From the human T2T-CHM13v2.0 reference genome, Homo sapiens, in the NCBI RefSeq assembly GCF_009914755.1, contig NC_060941.1: a stretch of DNA of 64,000 nt, one strand, 5' to 3'. Both the position numbers and the translations under genes were made by a program. Positions 18,944-39,112 of this stretch are shown piece by piece. Each line of letters starts with the position of its first letter. The stretch's first letter is position 1. A model generated the notes under the pieces. The model worked only from the letters and a program-made list of their open reading frames with translations, made no database searches and was not told where the DNA came from.

Positions 18944-19182
18944 CACTCATAGGTGGGAATTGAACAATGAGAACACTTGGACACAGGAAGGGGAACATCA
19001 CACACCGGGGCCTGTTGTGGGGTGGGGGAAGAGGGGAAGGATAGCATTAGGAGATATATCTAATGTTAAATGACAAGTTAATGGGTGCAGCACACCAACA
19101 TGGCACATGTATACATATATAACAAACCTGCACATTGTGCACATGTACCCTAAAACTTAAAGTATAATTAAAAAAAAAAAAA
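18944..19182 (+). mobile_element. 5'-truncated L1PA 3' end
   Basis: cactcataggtgggaattgaacaatgagaac...gtaccctaaaacttaaagtata plus A tail. Confidence 0.93.
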
Positions 19183-19351
19183 CTTTACACAAAAACGTTC
19201 TCTTTTTACACATCTCGTGGTCTCCCTCACATCTGCATCTCTGTAGTTTGCTGGGTCCTGTCTGGAGTGCCCTTACCCTCCCGACCTCCCTTTTCCTGTC
19301 AGCCTCCTCGTTCTCCTTCCGCTCGCCCAGGCAATCTTCTGTCCTTCCTAG

Positions 19352-19711
<360 letters not shown>

Positions 19712-19935
19712 TAACAAGCAGTTGAAAATGCAGGGCTGGTGCTCAAGAAGGCGTTCTGAGCGACGTGATGGGATTTGGGATGCACAGGCACACTCCTGGT
19801 GGGCATTGGCGCTGCAGGCATGAAAGATGTTACCCAAGGAGCATGCCAACACCAAGGAAAAGGAGGAGGTTTGAAGAGAGCCAGACCTGGGTTTAACCTC
19901 TGGTTTTTCTAGCTAATAAATGAGCAGCTAAGTAA

Positions 19936-20350
<415 letters not shown>

Positions 20351-21708
20351 TCAAGGTCATTAAAGGTGCAAGACAGGATCCTTAATGGTGGCAACTTCAG
20401 CAGGCTGACGGAGGAGAACCTGAGGACACCGCGGTGAGGAGGAAACATTGGACCAGAAGCATCGCCCAGAGTAGAGCATCTCACTTGGTCCTGCCTGTGC
20501 CAAGGACAAGCTGACATGGAGAAGGCAGAAGATGGAATCAAAATGTCAGCAATTGGCATGATCTTACACCCCAGCCCTACTTGCTCATCTCCTTGCCCAG
20601 ACCCTGAGCTGCGCCCCCTTCTTTGACCTTCTCCCCATCCCTCTTGCTCCATTGGCAATCGGCTCAAGAGTGTTGACTCGAGAGACAGCTGAACCCCAAG
20701 AGTTTTCCCCAGATGTGGTGTCAGGACGGTAGCAAAATATATACCATTTCTGCTTTTTTAAATATTCTTGGGTATTAAAGTAGGAATAAAACAATCCTGA
20801 TGTTTCCAGCAATTTCTAAAAAGTCCTGATTTATACTCTGAATGCCAAATGTCCAGAATATAATATGCCATATTATATACTGGTGTAGACTAGAGAAAGT
20901 TAGATAGGAGGTAAGAGGGCAGGAGGAAAGAAATTGGAGGGTGTAGGGGCAAAAAAAAAAATCCTTTTTTAATTTTTTTAAATGGGAAGCCTTGGGCATC
21001 TTTATAAGCTGAATGAAAGAAGTCGACACAGCGGACACTGTCATAAGTGGAACAAAGGATGAAGCTAATCATGGAGGCAAGCTCCCTGGAGAGACAGGGA
21101 CAAAATCAAGAATGAGCTGGAGAAATTAATCCTGGAGAAAGGGAGGGACCTGACTTCCTTGAAGGCAGGCAGCCAGGAAGTAAAGAGGAAGGAAAAATCA
21201 AGATACATTTTTGGCAAGGGGGCAGGAAGTGGATGGAGTCTCCTCCTGGGATACCCAGTTTGCTCAGTGAAATAAGAGATGACATCATCTGTTGAGAAGG
21301 AAAGGCCTAAAGGATAAGGATGAAGTAGGGGGTAGGGGGAGAGAGGTAGAGATTTGGACTAATCACCGTGGGAAACAAATGAGAGCACAGCAAGTGTATG
21401 TTAGAGGTCTGAGGACTCGCCCAAGGCTCCTCTGAGGTTGCGGACCATGAACTTGACATGAAGACCCTCTGTGGCATGGTGGGGTTATCTGCTAGTTCTC
21501 CAGAAATCAAGATACTTCTTTTATCAGAGAACCAGGGTATCTGATAGACTCTGCTATCTCAGTCTGCATGCAACAGAATAATCTTCTGTTCTATATTCTT
21601 CAAACATCTCCAGTTCCCACTAACAACGGTAATTTTTAAATGTCAAAAATTCTGAATATCAGCATCAGAAAGTTAAAATATGCAGTTGCCAAAGAAAAAG
21701 AAATCCAC

Positions 21709-22347
<639 letters not shown>

Positions 22348-22361
22348 TAAAACGTTGAATA

Positions 22362-22716
<355 letters not shown>

Positions 22717-22849
22717 TCATTCCCCTGTTTCTGCTTTAGTGGCACAGGCTGGGGCCACTTTGTTTTTCATTGGGAAAAAATGGATTTTCTTTTTATTCAT
22801 GGATGTTCGCTGTCCTGACCGGAGCCTCCCGGGTATCTCAGTTGTACCC

Positions 22850-23340
22850 AACCTTGAGAACCTGTTGTCATACCCACCCCACGTATTAATCATGTTACAG
22901 ACCCAGGGGGAGACTGCCTGTCCCAGGGCTAGGTAACTCCTCAAGAGAGGAAACAGCTTATTCTGAAGATGCCTCTCCTGTGCTAGCCAACCACCTCCTT
23001 ATCAAATGCTCACACCGGGACACTATTTCTCTCGCCCACCATCCACCCAGGCCCAGGTACCAGTCAACTAGGGACACCCCTGTAGCCCACCAGAATTGTT
23101 CAAACTAGCTCGTTTTAATGCTTTACCTAATTGTTACCCTGCCCTGCCTCGCTTTTCCTGAGAAAATCCCAACAAAGGCTCTAGTCCCGGCTTTCCCCTC
23201 ACTCTTCTGCTTCCTGGTGCTTTCCTGTGGCCTGTGTGGTACAACGTGGGCCTGGCATGACATGGCAGTGTGCCCCCTTCTCTTGGGAAATGCAACTCAT
23301 ACATCCTCACCTCCATAAATTAAAATCATGTGGATACAAG
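22850..23340 (+). mobile_element. ERVL LTR, MER54/MER74-like
   Basis: ggcccaggtaccag...aactagggaca...ttcaaactagc...aaaggctct motifs. Confidence 0.65.
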
Positions 23341-25865
23341 TGAGACATCCCACTCCCAATCCCAACCGTGCTGGCCTTTCTCCAGCCTTTCCCCTGCTAC
23401 CTGTCATCGGGTGTTTAGCTCATATGCTAGCACCTTGGGAATCCTGGCAGTGGGCGAAAGCCGAGCCAGTCTGACAATAACCACAAACCAGGGGCCCAGA
23501 TGGTCCCACGCCTCGTCAGCCTGGAGCAGCTCACATCCAGTAGCTCCTATATTCACACCTTTGTGACTGCTATGAAGTGAAATGTCCCCGAATCCATTTT
23601 TTCAAAAGTCTGCTAAGTAGACATTTTTAGGGAACCTTCGCTTTCTTTTCATGTAAATAGAAACCAGCCACCTACACCCACACAACCATATGCCAAAGTC
23701 TGGTGCCATCTACTGAAACACACATCCACACGTCTGGCCGTACCCAGTAATACTCGAGTACACAAAGGAGATCTGGCCTTTTGTTTTACAAGAAGGGATT
23801 GTGTGTGGAGCTGCTCCATCTTTTGGAACAAAGAGAACTTCTGCTCAATTAATGAGCAAATGCTGGAGTTCACTGCATTTGAGCACTCCATTAATCTCAG
23901 CACTGCATTCACCTCCAAGACACGACATTGTGAGCTGCCCTCACAGCAGTGAAATGCGCGCATACACAGGCACGTTACACATGCACACACATATATCTGT
24001 ACACACAAACACACAAACTTGAAACCTTCTGTCAAGAGGGAAAAAAGAGACCTTAAACCACTATTTGATCACCTTAAGCATAAATGAAACCATACAGCCC
24101 TAACTCTTGCCACACTGGCTCGGGCAGGCTCTTACACGGTTCCTCCAATGAGCACAGCTGGGAGTCCTCAGGGCCAGTCCCAGGAGTTCATCAAAGTCCA
24201 TTGCACGCGGTCCCTTCCATGTCTATTATGGTCCTCTTCTGAATGGGAGGCAGCCACACCCAGCTGTTACCATGGCAGCAGCTGGGCACTGCTGCCACTT
24301 TTCCAGGATGTCACTGTAGGACCACCAGGCCTACATCCTCCTTCTGTTTCACAAACCCTCTCTTCCCCTGCCCCCCAACCATCCTGGCCTTAGTACTTGG
24401 GCAGGAACCCAACAGTCAAAACTGCACCAGTGGCCAAGTTCGAGAGATACATCCCAGCCTTCCTCTGGCCACTGAAGCCACATTCCTGGGTCCATATATA
24501 CCCTATTCCTCTTTACCAGGCAAGGACTCTCCCAAAAGGCTTCCCCATCTCCCTCCGCACCTCAATTCATGGCAAGCCCACCCAACTCATTGACCAAACA
24601 TGCCCAGACAGGGCTGAATCCCTCTAGCAGACTCAAGCTCAAGCTAGGAATACCCACACGTTCCACACACATAGGGAGACTTTAATTAAGACTGTGATGC
24701 AATTCATACACTTCTGAAAACATTTGCAAATTAAAAGGAAGTTGGAGAGGGTAACAGAAAGGAATGGACCAGTACAAACGTCATGATTTACTGGGGGATG
24801 ACCACTCTATCTTCAGTGACCAGATAGGAAGTGGTCCACCGCTTGGTAAAAGGACACCCAGCGGGGGAAGAATAGGTCCACATTCCATTGAGATACCAAT
24901 GCCAGTTCATAACAAACACAGCTGTTTCCCATCACCTGCCAACTCAAGATGCACACACGTGGTTAACACACACTCTCTTCTCCACTTCTCTCTTCTCCAC
25001 TTCCGGGGTTGGGCCCTGAAATCATTCTGCTTTCCCAGCATTTGCTAAGCATCTGTCAGGCGCCAAGCACTGTGTCTGGGCTGTGGATTCAAAGGCAAGG
25101 AAGGCTGGATCCCTGCTCTCTGGGATTTATCTCGCGGCAAAATGCTCCTACCTAAATGGAGTTGGGAGGAAACTGCGAGTTGGGGAAAATCACTAGAGGG
25201 AAGAAGTGAGGGGGGATTTGGGAACACCTGGAGCATGTGAGGGACAAAGAGCATGACCACTTCTCAACAGAACAGCTAACAGGGGAGATATACACAGCCA
25301 GCAAGCAGCATGCAAGACACTGAAATGTCTAGAAATGGAAAAAGATGGACAAGAGGAGGGAGGAGACATTCCAAGAAAAAAATTTCATTTGCCTGACAAT
25401 TTAACTAGGGCCCTTGTGACATGTGGACGTCATGGAAATCCACTGGCTGCTCTTTATTGGGCTGTGTACAAAATAAAAGTGGGCAGGAACCACTGTGATG
25501 TAAATATCTAACATGCTAAGTGTCCAACTGAGTTATTATCAGTAGGTCAGGATTAATGAGTGAAGGAGCTGCGTTGTTTTCTCCAGAAGACATTCTTGAG
25601 CTGATTCATCTGAACAGACTCCATCTCCTCTGTGACCACCAGCTACCTACAGCAGGAAGGTCTCTGATGAGGTGAGGGGTTAGGTGCTATAGGTGGCCAA
25701 GGAACAGAATGAAACTAATGGGATCCAAAGACCTCACCTCATCGGCACTGTTACCTGCCAGGGGCAGAACAAAAAGACCAGGGTGCAACCTAACGAGCTG
25801 AACTTACGAGATTCGTGGGCCATCTGGTGCTTATTATCTCTCCTCTACAGGACTCATTGTCCTTA

Positions 25866-26248
<383 letters not shown>

Positions 26249-26544
26249 TCACACCTTGCACCCACCCAGTCTCAGCCAGAGCCCTGGCGCAAGACAGTGC
26301 TCTCAGGAAATGTTGGGAGGAAAGTGAGTCTATTACAACCAGCATCAGAAGAAGGGTAAAAGGAAGGAAAGAATGTCCCTCTCAACTGGCCCCAGCTTTC
26401 CCAAAACTCTGCCTTTGGCTTGTGCTGCACAGATGACAAATAACTGTTATAAAACACATTTATAATCCAGCAACAGTCAGCCTGCGGAGCACCTCAAACC
26501 CAAAGAAAGAAGGGCCCCCGGCCAGCCTTATAAATCATGCTCGA

Positions 26545-26888
<344 letters not shown>

Positions 26889-27121
26889 TTAATAAAATTT
26901 GCCTCTCCACGTGATTCATTCTGGAGCATGGTTATACATTTGTTAATGTGCCACAGCATGATCTTGAAAAGTTGGGGCATAGAAGAGTGTGCCGAAAGAC
27001 AGTCTCTGCCCACTCTTGCTGATAATAATAATAATAATAAAGCTATAGAATAGGAAATGGGTAAGCCATTTGGAAAAACAAAAAAACAGAAATAACCAAG
27101 CAAACCACTTTACCATGATCA

Positions 27122-27456
<335 letters not shown>

Positions 27457-27949
27457 AAGGAAACCCAAGGGAAGAGAAGCCAGAACCCTCTGCCTGTGAT
27501 GATGACCCCGCGTGGGGTGGAGACAGAGCTGCCAGGGTGGTCGGGCAGCACGGCCACCACAGCTGCATCTCTGATGCTCTGGTTAACCCCAGTGCCCTGC
27601 TAGGACCACAGGCTCTGGCTGGAATTCACTTTCGGAGAGCCGGGTGGACAAGCACAAACGTGGTCACAATGAATTTCAAGGACTTCTTCGAATGCCTTTA
27701 TTACTGCGGAAATTCATTGCCTGAATGATGTTTGAGATCAATGGACCGCCAGCTAGAGCTTGGGTTGCTTTCTCTTTTGGGAGAAACTGCAGTTTCAATA
27801 GATTCGGCTGGTGTGGCCGTTTTCAAAAGGGCTCCTCTTTTTGTGCTTTCGCTAAACATTTAATAAATTTATGATTTCTCTGTCCACCAAACACGGCCAG
27901 AACCACTTTAGACATAAGTGGAAATTCAACAGGGGGATAAGGGAAAATG

Positions 27950-28930
27950 TCCTCCCTGCTGCAATCTATCCCAACACAACAGCCAGGGTGATCCTCTTTA
28001 AACTGAAGTCAGGTCACGTTCAAACGGGAAGCCTCAGCACAAAAGCCAGGATCTTACTAGGACTTCTGAAGGCTTGTGCAAGCTGGGTACCATTTTATTT
28101 CCCCCCTTCCTCTTCTACCATTCTCTGCTTGGGCAACCCCTCTTTCTGACTCTTCTTGAACATGCCAGCTCTGCCCCACCTCCAGGCAGTGACACCTGCT
28201 GGGTCTTCCACCTGGAATGCTCTTCTCCCCAAATATCTGCCTGGTTTGGTCCTTCACCTGCTTCAGGTCCTTATAGAAATGCCACCTTCTCAGATGTTCC
28301 CTAACCATGCTCCCTAAATTTACAACACTTAAACCCCATACACACACACCCTCTTCCCACCCCCTCTACAACTACACCCCATACACACACACACACCTCC
28401 TACCCCCTTACACCATGTACAACCCATACACAAACACACTTCTCACCCCCTTACAACACCTACCACCTACACCCCATACACACACTTCCCACCCCCTCTA
28501 CAACTACACCCCATACACACACGCATACTTCCCACCCCCTCTACAACACCTACACCCCATACACACATGCACACTTCCCACCCTATCTATAACTACACCC
28601 CATACAAACATGCACACTTCCCACCCCCTCTACAACATCTACACCCCATACACACATGCATACGTCTTACCCCCTTATCTGCTGTTTCTTTCTCCTTAGC
28701 AGTCAACACCATCTAACGCACTATGTATTTTGCTCATTTAGAACTCATTCTCTGTCTCCTCCACTGGAATGTCGGCTCTCTATGAGAGGGGACTTTCATT
28801 TCTTGTTCTTATTCTTGCATTTGTTTGTTCGGTTGGTTGGTTGATAGGCTGGCTACTACAGTAATGTGCAGTGCCTAGAATGTGCCAGGAAACACTTAAG
28901 AATTTGGTAACTGCATGAAATGAATGAAAA
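27950..28930 (+). mobile_element. L2 3' region containing a C/A-rich minisatellite
   Basis: cagccagggtgatc...cctggaatgctctt...cagtgcctagaa...tgaaatgaatgaa. Confidence 0.7.
28320..28676. repeat. Degenerate ~40-bp C/A-rich minisatellite
   Basis: Repeated cttcccaccccctctacaac(ac)tacaccccatacacac units; almost no G on the plus strand. Confidence 0.85.
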
Positions 28931-29526
28931 AGTAAGAACACAAGCCCAGCATCTTGCTCCTTCCCATGACCTGGCTTAACAAACCATAGGACTATGCTTC
29001 ACGAGAACCTGCTGCTGATGCTGCACTTAGGGTCAGGATTTGGAGAGTGTGACACCGAAGGCGAGAGTTCTTCCACGGGGGGATCAACTGGTGATACTGA
29101 ATCAGAAGACAGTGAGGGCAAGGAAAGTGAATGGGACTAGTAGGGTGAACACTTGTCACAGAAAGACTATTATATTTCCTAGAAAATGAAAACAGCTACA
29201 ACCTAAAGCATGCCTCAGTGAGCAGATCAGAGTGGAGAGGAGAAAAAGAAAAAGAAAAGCAAAGAATAATTATAGTATGAAGAATGCATGACATCTGTGC
29301 CTTCTCCCAAGAGACTGGGCCTAAGGAAGAGCCTGAGGACATTCTATGAAATGCTGAAATCATATGCAGAATTTTGCAGGAATATGCATATTGCTGGAAT
29401 AAAGATCCATAACTTTCACCAGCTTCTCAAAATAGCCCCTGATCGAAATGTTAGAGGAACGCTAACTTACACAAGAATGCCCTAATTCCTTTTATTTCCA
29501 CTTATATCCATTTATTAAGTGCCTAT

Positions 29527-29694
29527 TACCATATCTCACCAAATTCTAAGACACCAACAATTCCAAGACACAGCGTTATTTTATGCAGCATGTCAGTTCC
29601 GCTATGACATGCCATTGGTTGTAAGGCAAATGCTAATTTCAGAGATGCTAAAAATGCAAAACGATGTGAGGCTTAGAAGCTACAAATAACAGTA
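29527..29694. mobile_element. MER104-like (TcMar-Tc2) MITE
   Basis: taccatat...ttctaagacac ... atttcagagatg...cttagaa...aaatacagta with inverted termini. Confidence 0.55.
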
Positions 29695-30455
29695 TATGTC
29701 AAGCTCTGTTGCTAGTCCCTTTACATATGTTATCTGAGTCCTAGTGTGAAAAATGTTATTATTCAATTATAATTACAAATGAAGACAAAGCCAGAATTCC
29801 AAGGTGAGTTCCAACCTAGGTCTGTCTGAAAGCCTCCACACCAGCACACCACCTCCCAGCAAAGATATGGCTCCCACATCGGCAGACCTTATAACGAAGT
29901 ACAGAACAAGAACCTCTAAACAATCAAGCTACAGACAGGTAATGAGAGTTGGGTATCAAATGATCACAGAAGCACCCAGCTTGTGTCTGGAGCAATCCTT
30001 CAAACAAACTTCCAAATCTCCCGAAGACAGTTTCACATTTATTATTCTAAGGAGCCTCTGCTCTTTCACCTACTTTATAGCTCCCTCTCACTTCAATAAA
30101 CTACTTAAGTGGAAGTTAATGATCCAGAACATATAGTGCTCTGTGTTGAAAGGGGAACTTAGGAACAAAAGGTGCATGATTCCTTGTCAATGTTAAAACA
30201 CATCCCTATTATCAAAGGATTGACGAAAGCAGGTCCTGGAAGGTTGGGGTTGAGATGTGTGCATAAGCACATGTGTGCACATGCTACAGGGTGAGAAGAA
30301 AGAGGCCTCGAGGAATAAAAATAACCATTTCACTGGATGTCTTCACAAACAGGATATGCTGCCACTTCCCTAAGGAGCTTTTAAGGAGCTCAATGAGTAG
30401 AACTACTGCCAGGAGAGAACCAGAAAGAAATCACCCCAAGAAAACACTAAACCCT

Positions 30456-30871
<416 letters not shown>

Positions 30872-30890
30872 CTAACACTGAACAAGCCTA

Positions 30891-33745
<2,855 letters not shown>

Positions 33746-34741
33746 CAGCCTGTTCCACCCAGACAACTGAAATCAATGCTTAAACTCTTAGCAATACACA
33801 ATCTAATGCAAGGAATATGCCTGGGGTCCCATGTGAGCCCTCAGGCTTTTAAATCCTCATCTTTCCTGGGAAGGAGACATAGAGCTCAATTGGTTCCATA
33901 TAAATGCTTCTTCAACTTTTGAGTAAATTCCATCATCTTTGTGAGCCATCTAACAGTGAAAGTATTAACAATGAAATTTTAAAAAATCAAATCATAATTT
34001 CCTTTTAACCAGCCATGCTTTGAATGACAAATATGTAGAGAGTGAGTTTGTTCTCATCTCTCTTCTCACTGCATTCTTACTGTAGCCTCTCACCTAACCT
34101 TGTTGGCTCCAGAGACCAAAAGAAAGTCAGCTAAAGCCACAAAGGCCAAATGGACATGAGAAAATGTCTGAAAATGCAATATCAGGGATTGTGTTTGTCT
34201 TGTGAAGTCCTTTTTGCCCCTCAGGGAAAAATGACTGGAGGCTCCTCTGACTTCGGAGTAATTGCTTTGAATGTTTTGGGGGAAGATATTTTTTCTGGGG
34301 ATGTTGCTGTTGTTGCTAAAATGATGTCCATCCAGAAAAACATAAGATTGCCTTTGTTTTTAAACTTGATTATAAACCAGCCCTGAGAAGCCTTCTAAGA
34401 GACTTCCATAAGTCTTTTGAATAATGCCATCATTCCAAGTTGACCATTTCCAGGGAGCCCAATCTCGTTTGCCAGATGAGTTCTGCCGTGTTTGTTCACA
34501 TACCAGCTTTATTACGTTTTAATTAGTTGTTATCTTTGACCCCAAAAAGGGATTCCCGAGCACCTCAGAATGGAGCTCACAGGCACTGGTAGGCCTTAGT
34601 GGCCCTTTCTGCTCCTGACCCCAGGGGGACACCTGGGGATCAAGCTGAGGTGAGAAGCAGACTCAAAGTCTTCTGTTCACAGATAAATGCCCCACGTGAC
34701 CTTGCACGGGAATTACTGAATAAAAGAGACCACTACCCTGA

Positions 34742-35147
<406 letters not shown>

Positions 35148-35579
35148 TGAACCAGTGTTCACTGAAGCATTTCCAAGCCTGTTGTTGTGCCTTCAGGTAT
35201 ATGAAATTCAACACATATTCTAAAAAGGACCTTGCCAATGTTCAGTAGAATGGAAGGCCATCCCATGAGTTTCAGAAACACTGATGCTGCTTTAAAACAA
35301 AAAACTCCCGGTGATTATAAGGCTTACCTGGAGTATCTCAAATATTTCAGTAGCGAAAATTCAAAGACAAGGACCAGCAGGAATGCCAATTCCATGTTGC
35401 AATCACGCCTCCCCACCCACAAGCATGTTATTAGTGTGTGCTTCCAATGCATAATTACCTTTCATTTTCCCATAGAATTTCAGGAAAAAAGAGCACAGGG
35501 CTCAGATGGTTTGTGAAATCAATAGGTGATTTCATCTCTTACATGCAAAAATAATCAGTTCTATTGAGAAGGAAATGTA

Positions 35580-35622
35580 TACACACACACACACATACAC
35601 ACACACACTACACACACACACA
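35580..35622. repeat. Interrupted (CA)n microsatellite
   Basis: Read directly. Confidence 0.9.
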
Positions 35623-38600
35623 CTGGAAAGCCCACATTCAACAGTCAAGGTCACACACACAGGAAATATTCATGAAAAGGGAACATTTGTAGTATCATCC
35701 TGAGCCATATAGCACAGTCCAAAGTACATGGGTTAATAAAGGGTTAATAAAGGAAGAAACCATCTCACTCTCAATAAGGCTGAATTTGATGTGCTCAAAT
35801 AACACTGATTGCTCCAAAAAAAAAGATAAAATTCCTACAAAGAGGAGGATCCCAGGCCTAACGATTGGATTCTTTTCTAGACAACTGTAACCACCCTCTG
35901 GACACTATAAAAGAAAACAAGTATCCAAAATAGCAGGATGACTATTTGTAATTACTGTGTAATTGTTGGTTTTACATGTCTGTCTCTTCCTGGGCTTAGT
36001 GAAGGCAGAGACCAAGTTCACTAATTGGATTCAGCCAAGGAGAGCAGTTGGCTCCATGAAGTATGAATGAACAAATGAACTAATGAAAAAAAGAACACGT
36101 AAGTTCTGTACCAAAGAAAGAGGAAAGAAAACCATGAATCCTGGTAGTACCAATCCTGATTCTATCCCACCTGCCAGCAAACAAGAAAACAAAGGGACCA
36201 TCAGGAATTCTTCATTTAGTCCAAGCTCTGAAAAGAGAAAATAATTCCAAAATGTCATATTAAGAAGGTAAGGAAGACATGAGAATTTGAATGGAAGAAA
36301 ACAGAGCAGTGGGTGGGAAAAAGTGGAGACTGAAATCTTACAACCAGGAAGTGTAGGCTGTGGCTTTGAAGGAAAAAAAAATTGAATTTCCAGGTTCCCA
36401 GGGCCCTGATAGTTGATTCTCTCCTTCACTCTCCTGCTTTGAGTCTACGTCAATAGACTCTCACAGCCTGAACCTCCCTGGCCGTACCTCAAGCATTAGA
36501 GCAAGATTGAAAAGGCTTCTAGATAGAGGTGATACAAACAAAGGGAAGTGCGTGCCTCTGGGAACCGAGCAAGAGTTTTCATCACCAAGGATCTTTGGAC
36601 CCTGACAAAACCACAGGTAGGCTTCATTCATTTCACTCAGTCAACAGACATGCCCTGAGCACCTGCTTCATGCCAGGCACTGCACTGGGCCAGCCCAGAA
36701 GCAGTAGGAAGTCGAATGTTAAATGCCTGTGAACCCGCATTGGTGTGCTTTGCTGGGGAAAGGGTCTCCAGCAACAGTCTGTAGCCAGGGGTGATGGCCA
36801 GGGGCAGAGCGAACCCACAGAGCCTCCCAGTGCACACTGCAAAGGTACCCCTTCCTCTACACAGACCCAGCCTGGCCCCAGGCTGTCTACTCCACAGCAG
36901 AATCTCAGCTGGAATTCAAACTCCTTGGGTCCAGTGTCCTTGTGAGAGACCCATCCTGCCCTACCCTATCTGCTCCCTTGTAGACAGCCCTCTAGCGACC
37001 ATCAGAAGTGTCTGGGGCATTTCTGCCCCATGCACACATTGACGGGGGGTACTACAGGCACTTAGGGGCTGCGGACCAGCAGTGCTAAGCATGCTGCAAT
37101 ATACAAGACATGGCTACCCCATAAAGAACTGGCCCGCCCCAAATGCCAATAACCCAATAGTGTGTGGTTTTTATCGGGTGCTCGGGTAGTCTCCTTTCCA
37201 CAAAACGGTCAAGGTCAATGTGCTAAGGATGACAGGCCAGGGGTCATCATGGTGAGAGCCCAAATAAGGAAGGAGTGAGCAGCCACTTCACGGAGTCTAC
37301 ACAGGCATCGCTGCAGCCTTGGAAGATCTGCTACCCAATTGTCAGCCAACAATTCTATTCAATTAAAAAATTCCCAAATATTGAAACTTCATATTTTAAG
37401 ATTAAGGGTGCAAATTTTTTTTCTTAAAGGGAGAAAAATAGGAATCAAGGCCCTTTGATAGTCATAGCAGACGACTCCCTTCCCCTCCAGACCTCTCCAG
37501 TTGTGCCCCGGGGGTCTTGCTACCCTTGGAAACTGGATTTAACTTTTGTTAAGCACTCTATAGAATAAAGAAAAGAACTGCCAATTGGTTCTAAGAAGAC
37601 ACTGTGCTTAGAAAACAGGGCACATCGCTGTGTTAAATGTATGGTACTGAAGAGTTTCCTCCAGGGAAAGACAATGTGTTTGTCTGCCTCAATGTACCCA
37701 GGGGAAAGCAACACTGAAATGTCCCTGACTTTGCGAGGATATTAAATGGGGATCCAAAGTAGAGGCATGGAAAACAGAACTTCTGTAGCCCCTTCCTAGA
37801 AATCTCCTGACTTTTAAAATACAGTTTCTGAGTTGAAATGTCCTGTTCTGCAGGTTGAAATATACGATCAAAACCTGCTTTGTGTAGCCCTCTGCATACA
37901 GCATTTTAAACAAGCTTCTGGAGCCCTATTACTCCCTCATAGCAGGCCAGCAGAGAAGCCAGGGCAGCTCATTAGTTCTGGGAGAGCTGTTTCAATTACA
38001 TTCCAGTTGTAGCCCTTCCTGTTCCCTTGCTTTGTTGTTAAAGTTCCACCCGCAAATGCTTTCCTCCACTGGCCCAGTCCTATAAATTGGTGAGCTACAG
38101 GGGCTGCTTAATCCCATAACTAGCAAAGACAGGCTCTGAAGTCTTGGTCAGATCATAGGATCCTGTCAGATACCAGTACAGAGTCTCTACCCTCATCCTA
38201 CTGTTCTTGTCCAGCCTGAGACAGGTCTACGGCAGCAAAGGGAAGAGCAGCACCATTAAGAATCCTCAAGTTGAGTAGTACTGGAACATAAGGTTCTGAG
38301 GAAAAGAAAATGAAGATGGCAAATCTTCTTTACTCCCTGGCTGAGACACACAGAAGAAGCGACTACAGTTTGACACTAAGTGGTTAATAACTCTAATCAA
38401 GCAGGCTGGATGAGGGGCTGAAGGATTGTCACAGAGGCACTGAGAAGGGTGGCCTCAAGGAGAGGCTTGTGTTCCATAATAAATCTCACGGAAGCATCTA
38501 GACTGGTCACTTCCATCCTGAATGTATGGTGGGGCCCTAGCAACAGACCAGTGGCTGAGTTTATTTAGCACTGTAGGCTAATGGGCTTCCACTGTGTAAG

Positions 38601-39098
38601 TCAACCTAAACCAAGCCTAGAGGAGAACTTCACCCAGATCTCGTTTTCCAAAGAGAGGGAAGGACCCCAGGGTGGCATCTACCCACATGGGTCTCCATAC
38701 AAAGAAAGAAGACAGGGCCCCAGAAGAGCTCTTCCAATTCCTGGTACCAACCACCCAGGAAATGCTGCACTGGGGCTGCACGTGGCAGCCCTGGGTCCAA
38801 GAGAGCCTGAGAGAATTCTTCAAGGAGCTGCTGATGCTTAGAAGTGAGAGAGAGGCTGGGGGACCTCACTCCAGCCTTGGATAGATGGAAGAGGGGCAGA
38901 TCACCTGAAACAGAAGACAAAGAGGAGTACAGGCCCAAAAAGAGAGGTACAGAGAGAGCTGCAAAGGAGTGAGTGAAAGAGACCAAGAGAAATGGAGAGA
39001 GCAAGAAAAAAGACAAGACGAGATGAAACCAAACAGGAAGAGATGCCTTGTTAACCAAGTCGAGAAGTACTGGTGGACTGCAGAAGCGAGAGGAAAAG

Positions 39099-39112
39099 GT
39101 TACCATGGCAAC
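39099..39112. promoter_or_regulatory. RFX X-box consensus GTTACCATGGCAAC
   Basis: 14/14 match to GTTRCCATGGYAAC; function not shown. Confidence 0.55.

Noticed and set aside
27667-27719. Perfect 11-bp inverted repeat caatgaatttc/gaaattcattg
   Set aside because: About one such stem is expected by chance in 64 kb, and there are no RNA-family motifs.
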